A stretch of DNA of 63,885 nucleotides, counting the filler, from Malassezia furfur (Eukaryota): NCBI GenBank assembly GCA_052055015.1. It is 3 parts of 3 records of this genome, joined end to end, with 100 filler letters (N's around TTAATTAATTAA, not from the genome) between each part and the next. Parts side by side here need not be neighbours in the genome. Positions count along the whole stretch, not along the records: positions 1 to 22,484 come from JBQJIT010000158.1; 2 more parts are not named here. The stretch is one strand, 5' to 3'. Numbering within the stretch: the stretch's first letter is position 1; each line of letters starts with the position of its first letter. Shown here in pieces: positions 1 to 11,261 of the stretch. The notes beneath the pieces were generated by a model that saw only the letters and a list, made by a program, of their open reading frames with translations, did not search any database and was not told where the DNA came from. A program made the translations under genes and the position numbers.

Positions 1-1
1 C

Positions 2-2290
2 CCGGCCGACGCCACGGCGCCGGTCGGCTCGCCGCCACACCTGCCGCCCAAGTCGGCGCTGCGGCGCACCGAGGGCCTCGACCAGGTGCCGCCGATGCGC
101 CCCGAGCCCTCAGCGTACCACACCGCCAAGGCACAGGGCAGCCGCATCCCCCGCGCATCGTCGATGAAGCGCCTGCTCTCGCGCAAGCCCGCCGAGGACA
201 CGAGCGCCGCAGCGTCGGCGAACAGCAGCGCACGGCAGACGCCGTCTCGCCTGCCCCAGAGCACGTCGATGCACAGCGTGTGCGCCACGGATGCGTCGTT
301 CGCGGCACCTGCAAGCCTGCCGACCGCCAAGAGCGTATCGCAAGGCCTGGTGTCGCGGCGTGCATCGGTGGCAGACACGGACACGTCGTCGGTGCGCTCG
401 GTGCCGCGCGTGCGGCAGCCGTCGCAGGCGTCGACGCAGCGTGCGTCGCCGACGAAAGACGACGCGAAGCCCACCAAGGTGCGCACCTTGCGCCGCGGCC
501 CCAACCCCGAGGCCGCCGATGCGCTGCGCCGGCAAAAGGCCGCGGCCGAGGCGGCGAGTGCCGAGCGTGCAGCGGCCGCGAGCGCCGCTACCGAGCGCAC
601 GGCCGCGAGCGCCACAAGCACGAGCGCCACGAGCGCGAGCGCCGAGCGCACCGCGGCGACGCGCACGCCGACGCACCGTATCGCCCGCAAAACCGCCGGC
701 GAGGCGACGCCGCACCGCCAAGTGTCGCGGCGGACGCCCGGCCCGGCGGTGCGGAATGCGTCAGCGACGCCGAGCAACCTGCCGCGCTCGCCGTCGGTGC
801 GTTCGACGACTGGGGCGAGCAGTGCGTCGCGGCTGTCGTCGCGGACGCTGGTGCCGAGTGTGCCGTCGCCGCCGCTGAATGCGTCGGCGCTGCGGCTGGA
901 CGACGAGCGGATGGGCGACGCCGAGATGGAGCGCCACATCCAGCGTGTGCAGCAGCGTAAGCTTGCGGCTGGTGCGCGGCAGGCGGACCTCGACAAGGAG
1001 CTCGAGTTCCCCACGGCGGTGGTGCCGAGCAAGCGGCTGTCGCCGCGACAGGCCGAGGTGATCTATGGCAACCATCTGTGCCCGTACGAGGTGCAGGAGC
1101 TGTATGACTACGAGTCGATCTACTACGTCGGCTCCTTCGCGCGGCACAAGCACTATGCGACGCCGGACAAGCCGGAGCGCAACTTTGGGTACGACGACGA
1201 GCGCGGCGACTACGAGGTGAACCTGCGCGACCACCTCGCGTTCCGGTACGAGATTGTGCGTGTGCTCGGGCGCGGGTCGTTTGGGCAGGTGTTGCAGTGC
1301 AAGGACCACAAGACGGGCGAGCATGTGGCCATCAAGCTCATCCGCAACAAGAAGCGCTTCCATCACCAGGCGCTGGTGGAGGTGCGCATCATGGAGAAGC
1401 TCACCGCGGCGGACCAGGCGGGGGACCACAACGTGGTGCACATGACCGACTCGTTCACCTTCCGCGGCCACCTGTGCGTCACGATGGAGCTGCTCAGCAT
1501 CAATTTGTACGAGCTGATCAAGGCGAACAGCTTCGAGGGCTTCTCGTTGCAGCTCGTGCGCCGCTTTGCGGAGCAGACGCTGCAGTGCCTCGTGCTGATG
1601 CGCGCCGCGCGCATCGTGCACTGTGACCTCAAGCCGGAAAACATCCTGCTCAAGCACCCACGCCGCAGCGAGATCCGCGTGATCGACTACGGCTCGAGCT
1701 GCTACGAAAACGAGAAAGTGTACACCTACATCCAGTCGCGCTTCTACCGCTCGCCCGAGGTGATCCTCGGTATGGACTACAACATGGCGATCGACATGTG
1801 GTCGCTCGGGTGCATCCTCGTCGAGATGCACACCGGTTACCCCATCTTCCCGGGCGAGAACGAGCAGGACCAGCTCGCCTGCATGATGGAGGTGCTCGGC
1901 GTGCCTGACCGCGCGCTGCTCGAGCGCAGCACGCGCCGGAAGCTCTTTTTCGACTCAACCGGCGCGCCGCGGCCCGTGGTCAACTCGCGCGGGCACCGCC
2001 GCCGCCCCAACACCAAGTCGCTTGCGACCGCCGCGCGCACGCGCGACGAGCTCTTCCTCGACTTGATTGCGCAGTGCCTCGCATGGGATCCGGCGCGCCG
2101 CATCACCGCCGACGCCGCATTGCAGCACCCGTGGTTCACGCACGCGATCGGCACGACGACGGGCGCATCGGCCTCGGCGCTCCCACGCGCCACCGCCACG
2201 CAGCGCCGCACGCGCGCGCCCGTGACCGACGCCAACGGCACATCGCTGCTGCCGCGCGCGTCGCTCCCGGCACCGATTTCCTCCACATAG
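2..2290 (+). CDS. DYRK-family dual-specificity protein kinase (Pom1/DYRK2-like), 5'-truncated by the window edge
   Basis: DH-box YDDERGDY, GRGSFGQV, HCDLKPEN, YTYIQSRFYRSPE activation loop. The frame is open from base 2 and has a long Ser/Arg/Ala low-complexity N-terminus. Confidence 0.93.
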   Translation, partial: PADATAPVGSPPHLPPKSALRRTEGLDQVPPMRPEPSAYHTAKAQGSRIPRASSMKRLLSRKPAEDTSAAASANSSARQTPSRLPQSTSMHSVCATDASFAAPASLPTAKSVSQGLVSRRASVADTDTSSVRSVPRVRQPSQASTQRASPTKDDAKPTKVRTLRRGPNPEAADALRRQKAAAEAASAERAAAASAATERTAASATSTSATSASAERTAATRTPTHRIARKTAGEATPHRQVSRRTPGPAVRNASATPSNLPRSPSVRSTTGASSASRLSSRTLVPSVPSPPLNASALRLDDERMGDAEMERHIQRVQQRKLAAGARQADLDKELEFPTAVVPSKRLSPRQAEVIYGNHLCPYEVQELYDYESIYYVGSFARHKHYATPDKPERNFGYDDERGDYEVNLRDHLAFRYEIVRVLGRGSFGQVLQCKDHKTGEHVAIKLIRNKKRFHHQALVEVRIMEKLTAADQAGDHNVVHMTDSFTFRGHLCVTMELLSINLYELIKANSFEGFSLQLVRRFAEQTLQCLVLMRAARIVHCDLKPENILLKHPRRSEIRVIDYGSSCYENEKVYTYIQSRFYRSPEVILGMDYNMAIDMWSLGCILVEMHTGYPIFPGENEQDQLACMMEVLGVPDRALLERSTRRKLFFDSTGAPRPVVNSRGHRRRPNTKSLATAARTRDELFLDLIAQCLAWDPARRITADAALQHPWFTHAIGTTTGASASALPRATATQRRTRAPVTDANGTSLLPRASLPAPISST

Positions 2291-2369
2291 TTTCCTGGGC
2301 CCCAGGACGCGGCCGGCGCTGGCCGCGGTGCGTGTTCCGTAACGCGCGCGTCGTAGCAGGCTATGCACT

Positions 2370-5300
2370 CTACACCAAATACGCATTCAGGCCGTACGCA
2401 GCGATCTTGTCCGGCGCCTGCGTGTTCAGCTGCGAGAGGAAGGCGACGAGCTGCCCGCGCAGCTTGCCGCCCAGCATGTCCTCCTCGGCGCCGAGCACGT
2501 GCTGGAAGAGCTGCAGGATGGTATCGAGGTAGTGCAGGCCGTGCGCGTTGTTCGTCTGGATCAGCTGCACCAGGCACAGCAGCACCGGCGTCCACTCCGC
2601 GTAGTCGTTGTCCAGCGGCAGCGACGAGAAGAGGATCGGCAGCGCCTGGTCGAGCGGCACCGCCTCGGGCTTCTTCATGATCATGCGCGCGAGGCACCCG
2701 CACGCATTGTCGCGCGCCGTCTTGACGTCGTCCGACTCGCCCTCGCTCTTCGCAAAGAAGGGCTGCAGCGCGGTGAGCAGCGACGTGTAGTGCTCCGACA
2801 GATCCACCTCGCTGTTCTCGATCAGCACGCCGGCGGCAAACGCCGAGTTGGAGCGCACCGATGCCTCCTCGTCCATGAGCGAGCGCGAGAGGATCGCGAG
2901 GATGTCCTGCGTGAAGGGCGTGATGGCGCCCTTCATCCCGGCAATGATCTCGCCCAGCGAGCCGACCGCCGTCGCGCGGTCGCTCTGCGAGCGGCCCGGC
3001 GAGTAGTACTTGGCGATCTGCGGGAGGAACTGGCGCAGCGGGCCGGCAAAGTCGCTGCCGAGCACGTTGGCCATCGCGCCCACGAGGTCGGTCGCGGCGC
3101 TGATGAGCACCGACTCGTACTCGCTCGCCTCCTCCGACTCTTCGTCGTCGACCGCCTCGGGGTCCACCTGCGGCGGCGCCTTCTTCTCGAGGATCAGGTG
3201 CGTGTTGGCGCACGTCGCCTCGAGCCAGTCGGGCGCAATGATCGCCGGGCCGCACTTGTTCAGGCACGCGGCGAGCGACTGGCAGATCTCGATCGCGGCG
3301 GTGCGGTCGTCCTCGGCCTCCCACGCCTCCATGATGTTGGGGATGATGAGGTCCACGACGTTCTTCACGTCGGCGTTGAGCGGCACCTTGACCGCCACGC
3401 CCGGCACCCACGCCGGCGGGTTGCTCAGGTCGTACAGCGTGTTGATAAAGGTGAAGAGCGTCGCGATCGCGCTCTTGCGGATGCCCTGGTAGAAGTGCGA
3501 GGTGAGCGGGATGAGCTCCTCGGTCGCGGGCTGCACGAACGGCAGGAAGGCCGAGCGCGTGTGCTGGAAGAGCTCGCCGAGCGAGTCGGCGGCCACCTCC
3601 TTTTCCACGGCGACCGCCGTGGACACGTTGAGGAAGGCGTCGTTGAGCTCCTCGAGGTCCACAAAGTCGTCGTCGCCGTCGTCGTCGCCGGGCACACCCA
3701 TGCCGGTGATCACGCCGTTGCCCGCCGCGCCGGGCACCGCGTCGTGCTCCGACTGCTGGAAGGAGGCGAGCATCTTGGGCACGACGTGCTCCAGGTACGG
3801 CCCAAACTCGTCGCCAAACACGCGCGACATCACCGCAAAGAAGATGAAGGCGCACTCGCGGATGCGCGGCTGGTCCATCGCCAGGCTCTCGACGGTGAGC
3901 TTCATCATGTCGGGCAGGTAGGGGCGGAAGAGGTCCTTGCCGACCGCCTCGGCAAACGTGCCCACCGTGTCGGTGGCGATGCCGCGCAGGTCCATCTCCT
4001 CGCCCTCCTCGGTGAGGTGCAGGAAGGGCTGCACGCGCTGCATCATCGGCTCAAAGTACGGCACAAAGCCGGCCTTGGCCGCGTGCGCCGCACTGCCGAT
4101 CGCGCCCGTGATGGTCGCCTTGACCGCGACGGGCGCCGTGTCGAGCAGGCCCGTGAGGCGCTCCATGATCGCGGGCAGGTACTGGCCGATGTCGTTGCCC
4201 ATCACCTCGAGCAGCGCATCGAGCGCCGTGCACGCCGCACGCTGCGTCTCGGGCGCGTTGATCAGCTCCATGATCAGCGGCAAGAAGGTCGCATGCTTCG
4301 CGGCGCACTCCTCGTCGAGCATCTCGCACAGGCAGCCGAGCGTGATGCACGACGCCTTGCGCACCACCGGCTCGGGGTCGCGCATGCCGTTCTCCACAAA
4401 CGGCCACAGCTCGTCCATGTGCGGGCGGATGTACTCGGAGCAGCCCTCGACACTCACGCCAAACGCCATCATGGCCGCCTTGCGGTGCATCGGGTCGGCG
4501 TTCGCCGCGTACGCCTGGATCTGCTCCAGCAGCGGCGGGAACACGTGGCTCGGCGGCAGCTCGGTGGCGAGCTGGTCAATCACCCGCAGCGCAAGGCGCG
4601 CCGGCGTGTCCTCCTCGATGTCGTCCGACTCCTCCTCCGTGGCGATCGGCATGAGCTGCTCGAGCATCGGGCGCGCGAGGCCGAGGCTCTGCACGCGCGA
4701 GCGCTTGTACTGGATCGTCCACACGAGCGAGTTGAGGCACATCAGGCGCAGCTCCTCCTCGTGCTCACGGTTCGCGCTGTTCCGCACAAAGAAGGCAATC
4801 AGCTCCGCGAGGTGCGTCGTGAGCACGGGCGTCTCGAGCATGCACAGGTTCTCAAACACGTCAAGGATCTGGCGCACGCCCTCGTTGTGCGACGCGTCAA
4901 GGCACTGCTGCAGAATCTCGACCATCTGCGGCACGGCGCTCTGCATCGCCGCCAGATCCGCCTGGTCGTCCGCCTCGAGGTTCTCGGCGACCTTGCCGAG
5001 CGCACGCACCGTGGTGATGCGCACCTCGATCGACTCGGGGTCCTGCAGGCTCTTGGCGAACAGCGCCATGATGCGCGGCAGCTGCGACTTGAGCGCATCG
5101 CCGCCGTCCACAAACGTCTCGAGCACAATGAACAGCACCAGCATCGCCGCCTGGCGCTGCGCGGCGCTCGGCGACTCGGCAGACTCAAACAGCCACGGGA
5201 GCAGCGCCGGCCACGCATTGTGCGGCAGCTCCTTGCGCGCAATCTCGGCAATGACGCGCGCCATACCGTTGCGCAGAAGGTGGCTCTCCTCCTGCGCGAT

Positions 5301-5606
5301 CAGCTGGAGCAGGCGCGCCTTGATCTGGTCGCGCACCTCGACGCTCTGCTTGGTCCACACCTTGGTGCTCTTGGCAAGCTTCTTGCGCAGCTCCACGCAG
5401 GCGAGCTGGCGCACCGCAAGCTCCGGCGAGGTGGCCATGATCTCGAAGAGCGCCGGCACCGCCTGCGCATTCTTCAGGTAGCGCGTCTGCAGCGCCTCGG
5501 TCGCTGCCTTAACCGTCGATGTGTCGGGCACATTGGCCTGCTGCAGCAGGCCGTGCAGTTCCTGCACGTAGGCGGGCTGCGGTCAGTTGTCGCTACGCAC
5601 GTCCAT
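2370..5606 (-). CDS. KAP123: Importin-4 / karyopherin beta Kap123 (HEAT repeats)
   Basis: IBN_N-like VRQLACVELRK plus HEAT repeats over ~1070 aa. The true start is ATG GAC at 5606, then a 24-nt intron (5577-5600, containing an in-frame TGA), giving MDPAYVQEL. Confidence 0.9.
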
Positions 5607-5646
5607 CACTGTGCCCGCGGTGGTTCAGAATACGCTAAGGCGTGCG

Positions 5647-5659
5647 GAAAAAAAATTTT
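5647..5659. promoter_or_regulatory. RRPE-like element (GAAAAAAAATTTT) upstream of KAP123
   Basis: An isolated A8T4 tract in GC-rich DNA about 40 bp upstream of the KAP123 ATG; resembles the yeast RRPE motif. Confidence 0.4.
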
Positions 5660-5773
5660 GGGCCTTGTTACAAGGGGCCTGGTAGGCCGCCACAGGCCGC
5701 CCCGACTGGCACGCACGCGCGTCACGGCTGGTATCAAAGCACAGCGGAAACTACGTAAGCAGCTACGCGCTCC

Positions 5774-6782
5774 TCAGAACAGCTTCCACTTTTTCCGGCG
5801 CGCCGTCGAGGTCGTATCCGAGCGCTGCGACGTGTCGGACGCTGCGTCGTTCTCGGCATTCGCCACCGAATCCACGGCAGGGTGCTTGGGCGCCTCCAAT
5901 GCGGGCTGCAGCTGGCCATTAATATAGATCGTCTCGCCCTGCGGGGTGATGCGCCGCACCGTCTCGTTGCCCTGTGCGTCACGCTTGGTGATCACCGTCT
6001 CACGGTGCCCATTGACAACCGTAGTCCGGCGTGTCTCGCTCTCGCCGCCCATCCCGCTTGAGCTGTTGAACATGGAGACATTACTCGACGACGCAAACGA
6101 CGAGTTGCCGCGTGCATTGGTGGTATGTGTGGGCGGGAATCCATGCAGCAGCGAAAAGGGACTCGCACCCGCGCCAAACGGACTCCCACTCGGGCTGTTG
6201 CCAAATGCGCCACCAAATACGTCGTGCCCAAATGCCGAGCGGCTACTCCCAAAGCCGCCCCGCATCGAGGCAAAGGGGTCGTCCATAAATGCACTCTGCG
6301 CGCTGCTGAACGACGATTCGGCTTCCATCTCGTGAAAGTCGCGTGCGAACATGGAGTTGAACAGCTCAAAGGGGTCAAATGCGCCACGGGGGAACCCATC
6401 CGGGCCGTATCGCCCCTGCTGTGCGCGCCGCGCCGAGTCAAAGCTGCTCTCCCACACAAACGAATGGCCGCTCGGCGAGGTCGACGCGTGCATGTCAAAT
6501 GCGTCCGCGGGCATACTCCCATTCACCAGCGGGTATTCAAACCGGTCGTACTCCCAGCGCCGACGGTCGTCTCCGAGAACCTCGTAGGCCTCGGCAATCA
6601 TCTTGAACTGCGCCGTCGCCTCCTCTTTTTCGCCCGCCGGAGCGCGATCCGGGTGCGACCGCAACGCCTGTGTAAGATAAATACCCTCGTTACACACATA
6701 CCTTCTTTCTGTATGCGCTGCGAATCTCGCTCGCGGTCGCGGTCGGCTCCAATTCTAGTATCGCATACCAGTCGGTCGGCAT
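5774..6782 (-). CDS. DnaJ/Hsp40 protein (J domain plus G/F-rich region, DNAJB6-like)
   Basis: Exon 1 MPTDWYAILELEPTATASEIRSAYRKK, 34-nt intron 6668-6701, then ALRSHPD (HPD motif), FKMIAEAYEVLGD and a G/F-rich tail. Confidence 0.9.
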
Positions 6783-6883
6783 CGCTCAAGTGGCAACTCA
6801 GTGCCCTGCGCGCACGCGCGCTTGTTGTGACACAACCACGTGGAAGGCACGTGCGCACCTTCGCGACCCACCTGGACACGGCG

Positions 6884-7765
6884 ATGCGCACGGGCGAGCC
6901 AGGGGCGCATGTGCCCTCGACACGGGGGCGCAAGCGCAAGAACCCATTGCAGCCGTCGACATGGGACCCAGCGAATGCGGCGCGCGCCAATATGCCGCGC
7001 GCTTCGGGCAGCGGGGGGCAACAAGCGTCCATCGTCAAGCGGCCCTACTACAACCTCGTTTTTGGCACCGAGCCGGACGAAGACGTGGCCGACTCGCTCG
7101 TGGGTGCGTAGCGACACACACTCACCCAGACACGCTCGATGTCGTGACGCCGCGTGATCTGTCTGCGGCACGCTATGCGCAGAACCACGAACTGCTCGAG
7201 CGTGTGTTTGGGCCCCAGCGGTTAGGTATGTGGGAGCGCTTACACAGACATGATGCAGCCCCCACCCTCGGCATACGAACACATGAAGCCCAAAGAGCTC
7301 GAGGCCCAAATTGCGCCGCTCCAGCACGAGATCGAGGCCATGGAAAAGGCGCACGCCGAGCGCCTTGCACAGTGGCAGTCGGAGCAGGCTGAGGAGCCGG
7401 CCGAGGACGACACCCCAGACTGGGCGCAAGCGCCGGGCGCTGGTCCCATTTTGGGCGTGGGACACATTCGCGCCGACGTGCCAGCCGAGATCGCTGCACA
7501 GCTGGCCGCACGCCGCGAACCCACACAGCCCTCGGCGCCCGATGCAGCAACACGCGACGCCATTGCTCAAATTAATCGGGCGCACGGCGTGGAGGGCGAG
7601 GCCAGTGGGGCTGTGTCGGGCGACGCGGCGGCGCGCACGCCGACGCACCCCGGTACTCCGGTGGCTAAAACCGAGGAGGCCACGCCGCAGCCCCCCGGCT
7701 CGTCCGCCGAGCCGGCCACGCCGCACGAGGCCACGCCGCAGCCCGAGGCGGGCGCGGCGTCGTGA
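6884..7765 (+). CDS. Hypothetical protein with an Ssr4-like (SWI/SNF-RSC subunit) C-terminal motif
   Basis: Introns 7104-7129 (26 nt) and 7226-7247 (22 nt) join three frames. DTLDVVTPRDLSAARYAQNHELLERVF resembles the conserved C-terminal block of Ssr4. Confidence 0.55.
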
Positions 7766-7854
7766 CACGTGGGCGAGGCGCGGTGGAAGTGCTCATTGTA
7801 CAATCGGCTATACTACATAGATGCTAGCACCTGGCGTGCTTGTGTGCGCGTCGT

Positions 7855-9152
7855 CTACGTTTTCTCGAGCGAGAGCATCGCGCGCCGGTTTTGAGTCTTC
7901 TTGTCGCCCTCGTCGGTGTTCAGCCGGTCCTCGGCCCTGGGACTCCACACGGGCGTCTCGGCGGTCTTGCGTTGGAAGGGCGCAAGGTGTGCCAGCTCTT
8001 GTGCGAGGCGCTGTGCGCCGCTGCCCGTCATCTCGAGCAGGCGCTCGCGCGCCTTGAACACCACGCCAGGGTCCGGCCGCGGCGAGGTGTCGCTGGGCAG
8101 CGCGATGGCGGCGGCCGTCTCGGAGGTGGGCGATGCACGCAGCTCGCTGGCCTGCTCGACGAGGCGCGCGGTCGTGATGTGCTCGTCAAGGCGGTGCATT
8201 AGGAGCTGCATCATCGCAGCATAGTCGCTCTCGACCAACACGGGACGCAGGCGTAGGATGATGACGGCCGATACGTACTGCATCAGCTCAAGCCCCGGGT
8301 CTTGTGCGAGCCATGCGTCCCACAGACGCAGCGTTTCGTCGTATGCAAACTCGTACAAAAACAAGAGACGCTGCCACCGCATGAGGATCGGCTGCCAGTC
8401 AAGCTGCTCTGCACTCAGGTGCTGCGCCAGCGCAGGGTCCACGCGGTGCAAGATGGCTTTGAGCATCGCCGGCGACGCCGAGCGGCCTGCCGAAAAATAG
8501 GGCTGCAGGCGGTGCAGGATGCTGCTGGTCAAGTAAAAGGTATCGGCTTCCACCTCATTGGCGTCAAACAGGCGAATGACCCCATCAAACAGCAAGACCT
8601 CGGGGAAGCCCGCGCGCACACGCTCGTAGCTCTGCGTGGGGGGATAGGTGTCGCCAGCCTCGAGCGCCTGGTGCACTTCGTGTCCGTCGGCTGTGCGGGT
8701 CCGCCAGACCAACGCCGCGATCTCGTGCATGCCTTGGCGGTACCCGATCTCTGCATTCACGCAGGACCACACGTAGAGCAGCTGCACGAGCGCTCGGCGG
8801 ACCGGCTCGGCTGTCTCGTCGAGCCGTTGTACATCCAGTTCAATCTGGTCCATGTTCCGCTGGGCTGTTTGCTGTTCTTGCCATACGTCCTGCGTGAGCA
8901 ACACCACCTACTTTTCCGGTATTCTGCAAAGGATCCATAGGGACTTGGTCGTGCTCGATGCGAAGTCGCCGTTGGAATTTGGCACAGAGGTGCCGGTATG
9001 CGCGTCGCTGTGCGGCTGCTTGGGTGACCCATGTCTTGGGCGCGTGGACTTGCCAGTCGCCCAAATACACCTGTGTTATTCCCGACACGTACCCTCCAGT
9101 ACACGGAGCAGAAGGCTGGTAAGGGCGCCGCGGCCGCGGCCTTGTCTTCCAT
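7855..9152 (-). CDS. TBC-domain Rab GTPase-activating protein (TBC1D5/Gyp6-like)
   Basis: QIELDVQR, GYRQGMHEI, LMRWQRLLFLYEF and LRLWD motifs; 22-nt introns at 9071-9092 and 8890-8911. Confidence 0.85.
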
Positions 9153-9256
9153 CGTCGTACCAACCCCCCGCTGCGCAGGCCGGCGAACGACGTACTGCAC
9201 GTGGCGTGTGCGCTTTTTTTGTTTGAATCGGGGTGGAGGTCTCCTGCGTGGGCGCC

Positions 9257-9841
9257 ATGTCGAAGCAGTTGTCGAGCCGGTTGCAGGGGCTCAAGTTTAT
9301 GCAGCGCAAGGCTGCGCAGGCCCCTGCTGACACCGAGGATGTGACGGCACATGAAGCAAGTACACCTGCAGCGGAAGCGTCCGCGTCCACCCCCACGACG
9401 CAGGAGCAGTGGGTCATGCCCGACAGTGCGCGCGTGCGCGTAGCTCGGCAACCGCCCGCGCCGAAGGCCATGCATTGGGACGCATGGCTCACAGCCGCAC
9501 TGGATGACACAAAAGAAACGAGACCCACGACGCGGAGACGCGTCTTTGGCAAGTGGGACAAGCCGGCGGCGCGACATGCCGAATCGGAAGACGAGTTTGC
9601 GAGTGACGACGATGACGACGACGACGACGACGACGAGGAGCGATACGCCTCGGCGCATTCCGACCTATCATCACCGGAGCCTGGGTTCCGCAAACCGCCC
9701 AGTGCATCGGGCCCACCAACAACGCAGCGCAAGCGGGTTGCACAGGACCAGGGTAACCGGCGACGCAAGCTTGCGTCGGTCGCCTCGAGCCAGCAGAGCC
9801 TACGTAAGACGAAGAAAGACACGGTGAAACGGTTACGGTAG
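9257..9841 (+). CDS. Mpp6-like nuclear exosome cofactor
   Basis: N-terminal LSSRLQGLKFMQR and later RRVFGKW match the MPP6-family motifs; acidic tract and basic tail. Confidence 0.6.
   Translation: MSKQLSSRLQGLKFMQRKAAQAPADTEDVTAHEASTPAAEASASTPTTQEQWVMPDSARVRVARQPPAPKAMHWDAWLTAALDDTKETRPTTRRRVFGKWDKPAARHAESEDEFASDDDDDDDDDDEERYASAHSDLSSPEPGFRKPPSASGPPTTQRKRVAQDQGNRRRKLASVASSQQSLRKTKKDTVKRLR
9605..9634 (+). repeat. (GAC)n trinucleotide repeat encoding poly-Asp
   Basis: Ten GAC/GAT codons in tandem. Confidence 0.9.
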
Positions 9842-11188
9842 CTACCATTCCAATAGATGCAAATGATGCTCGGGTATATCGAACTCGTTCCACAGCGCGT
9901 CGTCGGCGCTCGCGGCGAGATGTGTGGTGCTGTCCTTCAACTTGCTTCGCTCGGTGGCTTTGGCGGCAGCTGCCTGGGCCTGTGCATCGCGCCACTCGCA
10001 CCCCTCGCGCCACGCACAGCTCTCGCACCGCCGTGTCGCCTGCACGCCGACGCCCTCCGGCGCACGGTCGCCTTCGAGCAGCAAAAATACACGGTCGAGG
10101 TAGTTTTGCAGCAGCTCAGGGTCCGCGTCAAACTGCGACACCCCCAGTGGGGAGCCTTGGGTATCTCGGTGGACGTAGACGAGCTCGAGCTGCTTGGCGA
10201 AGCGTATCTCGCTGTGTTCTTCCAGGGCGCTGCGTGCGAGGTGAAGTGCGGCGCGCATCGTCAGGCCCGTCATCTCGTCCACGGTCCACGGCGTTGCCGA
10301 CGTGCGTACCATCGTCTCGAGATCCTCGTGCAGTTCGTCGGAGAGCGGCGCGTCCATATCGAGCTGGAGTGTGTCGCACACCGTGGGTATCGACACGGGC
10401 TCCGCGTACGCGTCCTCCGTGCACGCGCTTGCGCCCGTGATGCCGGCGTACAGACTATCGACGAGCCGCTTGTACAGCATCACCTGCAGCCGCGCCTGCA
10501 GCTGGTCCAATTCCGGCGGCAGGCGCAGTGAGCGGCGCGTCTTGGTGTCGGACACGAGCACGACGGGCCCCTCGCGGCGCAGCTCGTCGATGATGCCGCG
10601 CACAAGGCGGCCGTGGACGTAGCCCAGCACGGGGATCTCGCGTGCGCGCCCCGTCGTTCGCGCCGCATGGACGCCGGCGGCGAACTGGAGGAGGAACAGT
10701 GCCCACTGGTCGGACGGCGCGACGAAGCGGAACGTGAGCTGCACCGGCTGCACCTCACGCTCGATGGCCTCGTGCACCTTGACGCCCTGCGCGAGGATCT
10801 CGTCGCGCGCCACGAGCTGCGCCCAGCTCGGGGTCAAGACGTTGCCCTGCGGTGTGGTGATCGACGTGGGGCGCTGCGTGAGGGGCAGATGGGACTGGGC
10901 GAGGATGTTGTACAGGTACGCATACTCGCACCACGACGGGGACACGAGGTCTGTGACCGAGAGCACGCGCTTGCGCTCGATGTGGTCCGTGATGGAGCGT
11001 GGCGGCGTGGGTGGCCGCCAGGTCCGTTTGCGTGGCGGCGACGCGAGCGTCGACCGCTCGCGCGTGCGCACGGTCGAGGCACATGCGCTCCGGCGTGCGA
11101 CGCGTGCGCTCTTGCGCACCTGCACCTGCACGACCTCGGGCGCGCCCCACAGCGTGCTCTGTCGCAACGCGCGCGCCTGGCGCGCCAT
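9842..11188 (-). CDS. EXO5: Exonuclease V (Exo5/Dem1), Fe-S PD-(D/E)xK nuclease
   Basis: LSVTDLVSPSWCE, REIPVLG..VRGIIDEL, VSDTKTR and C-terminal CESCAWREGCEWR. The start is placed at ATG 11188 because the longer ORF overlaps RVS167. Confidence 0.9.
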   Translation of the reverse strand: MARQARALRQSTLWGAPEVVQVQVRKSARVARRSACASTVRTRERSTLASPPRKRTWRPPTPPRSITDHIERKRVLSVTDLVSPSWCEYAYLYNILAQSHLPLTQRPTSITTPQGNVLTPSWAQLVARDEILAQGVKVHEAIEREVQPVQLTFRFVAPSDQWALFLLQFAAGVHAARTTGRAREIPVLGYVHGRLVRGIIDELRREGPVVLVSDTKTRRSLRLPPELDQLQARLQVMLYKRLVDSLYAGITGASACTEDAYAEPVSIPTVCDTLQLDMDAPLSDELHEDLETMVRTSATPWTVDEMTGLTMRAALHLARSALEEHSEIRFAKQLELVYVHRDTQGSPLGVSQFDADPELLQNYLDRVFLLLEGDRAPEGVGVQATRRCESCAWREGCEWRDAQAQAAAAKATERSKLKDSTTHLAASADDALWNEFDIPEHHLHLLEW

Positions 11189-11261
11189 GGTGCGGTGCCT
11201 GGGGCGTGCGCCACCACGTGCCGCTGAGTCAGCCCCGCCCGCACGGAACGATTGATCCACC

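Noticed and set aside
2499..5927. 1142-aa antisense ORF and the many other long overlapping ORFs (e.g. 46961-49429, 1837-3855)
   Set aside because: These are shadow frames caused by high GC and strong codon bias opposite real genes; they are Arg/Ala/Gly-rich with no domain motifs.
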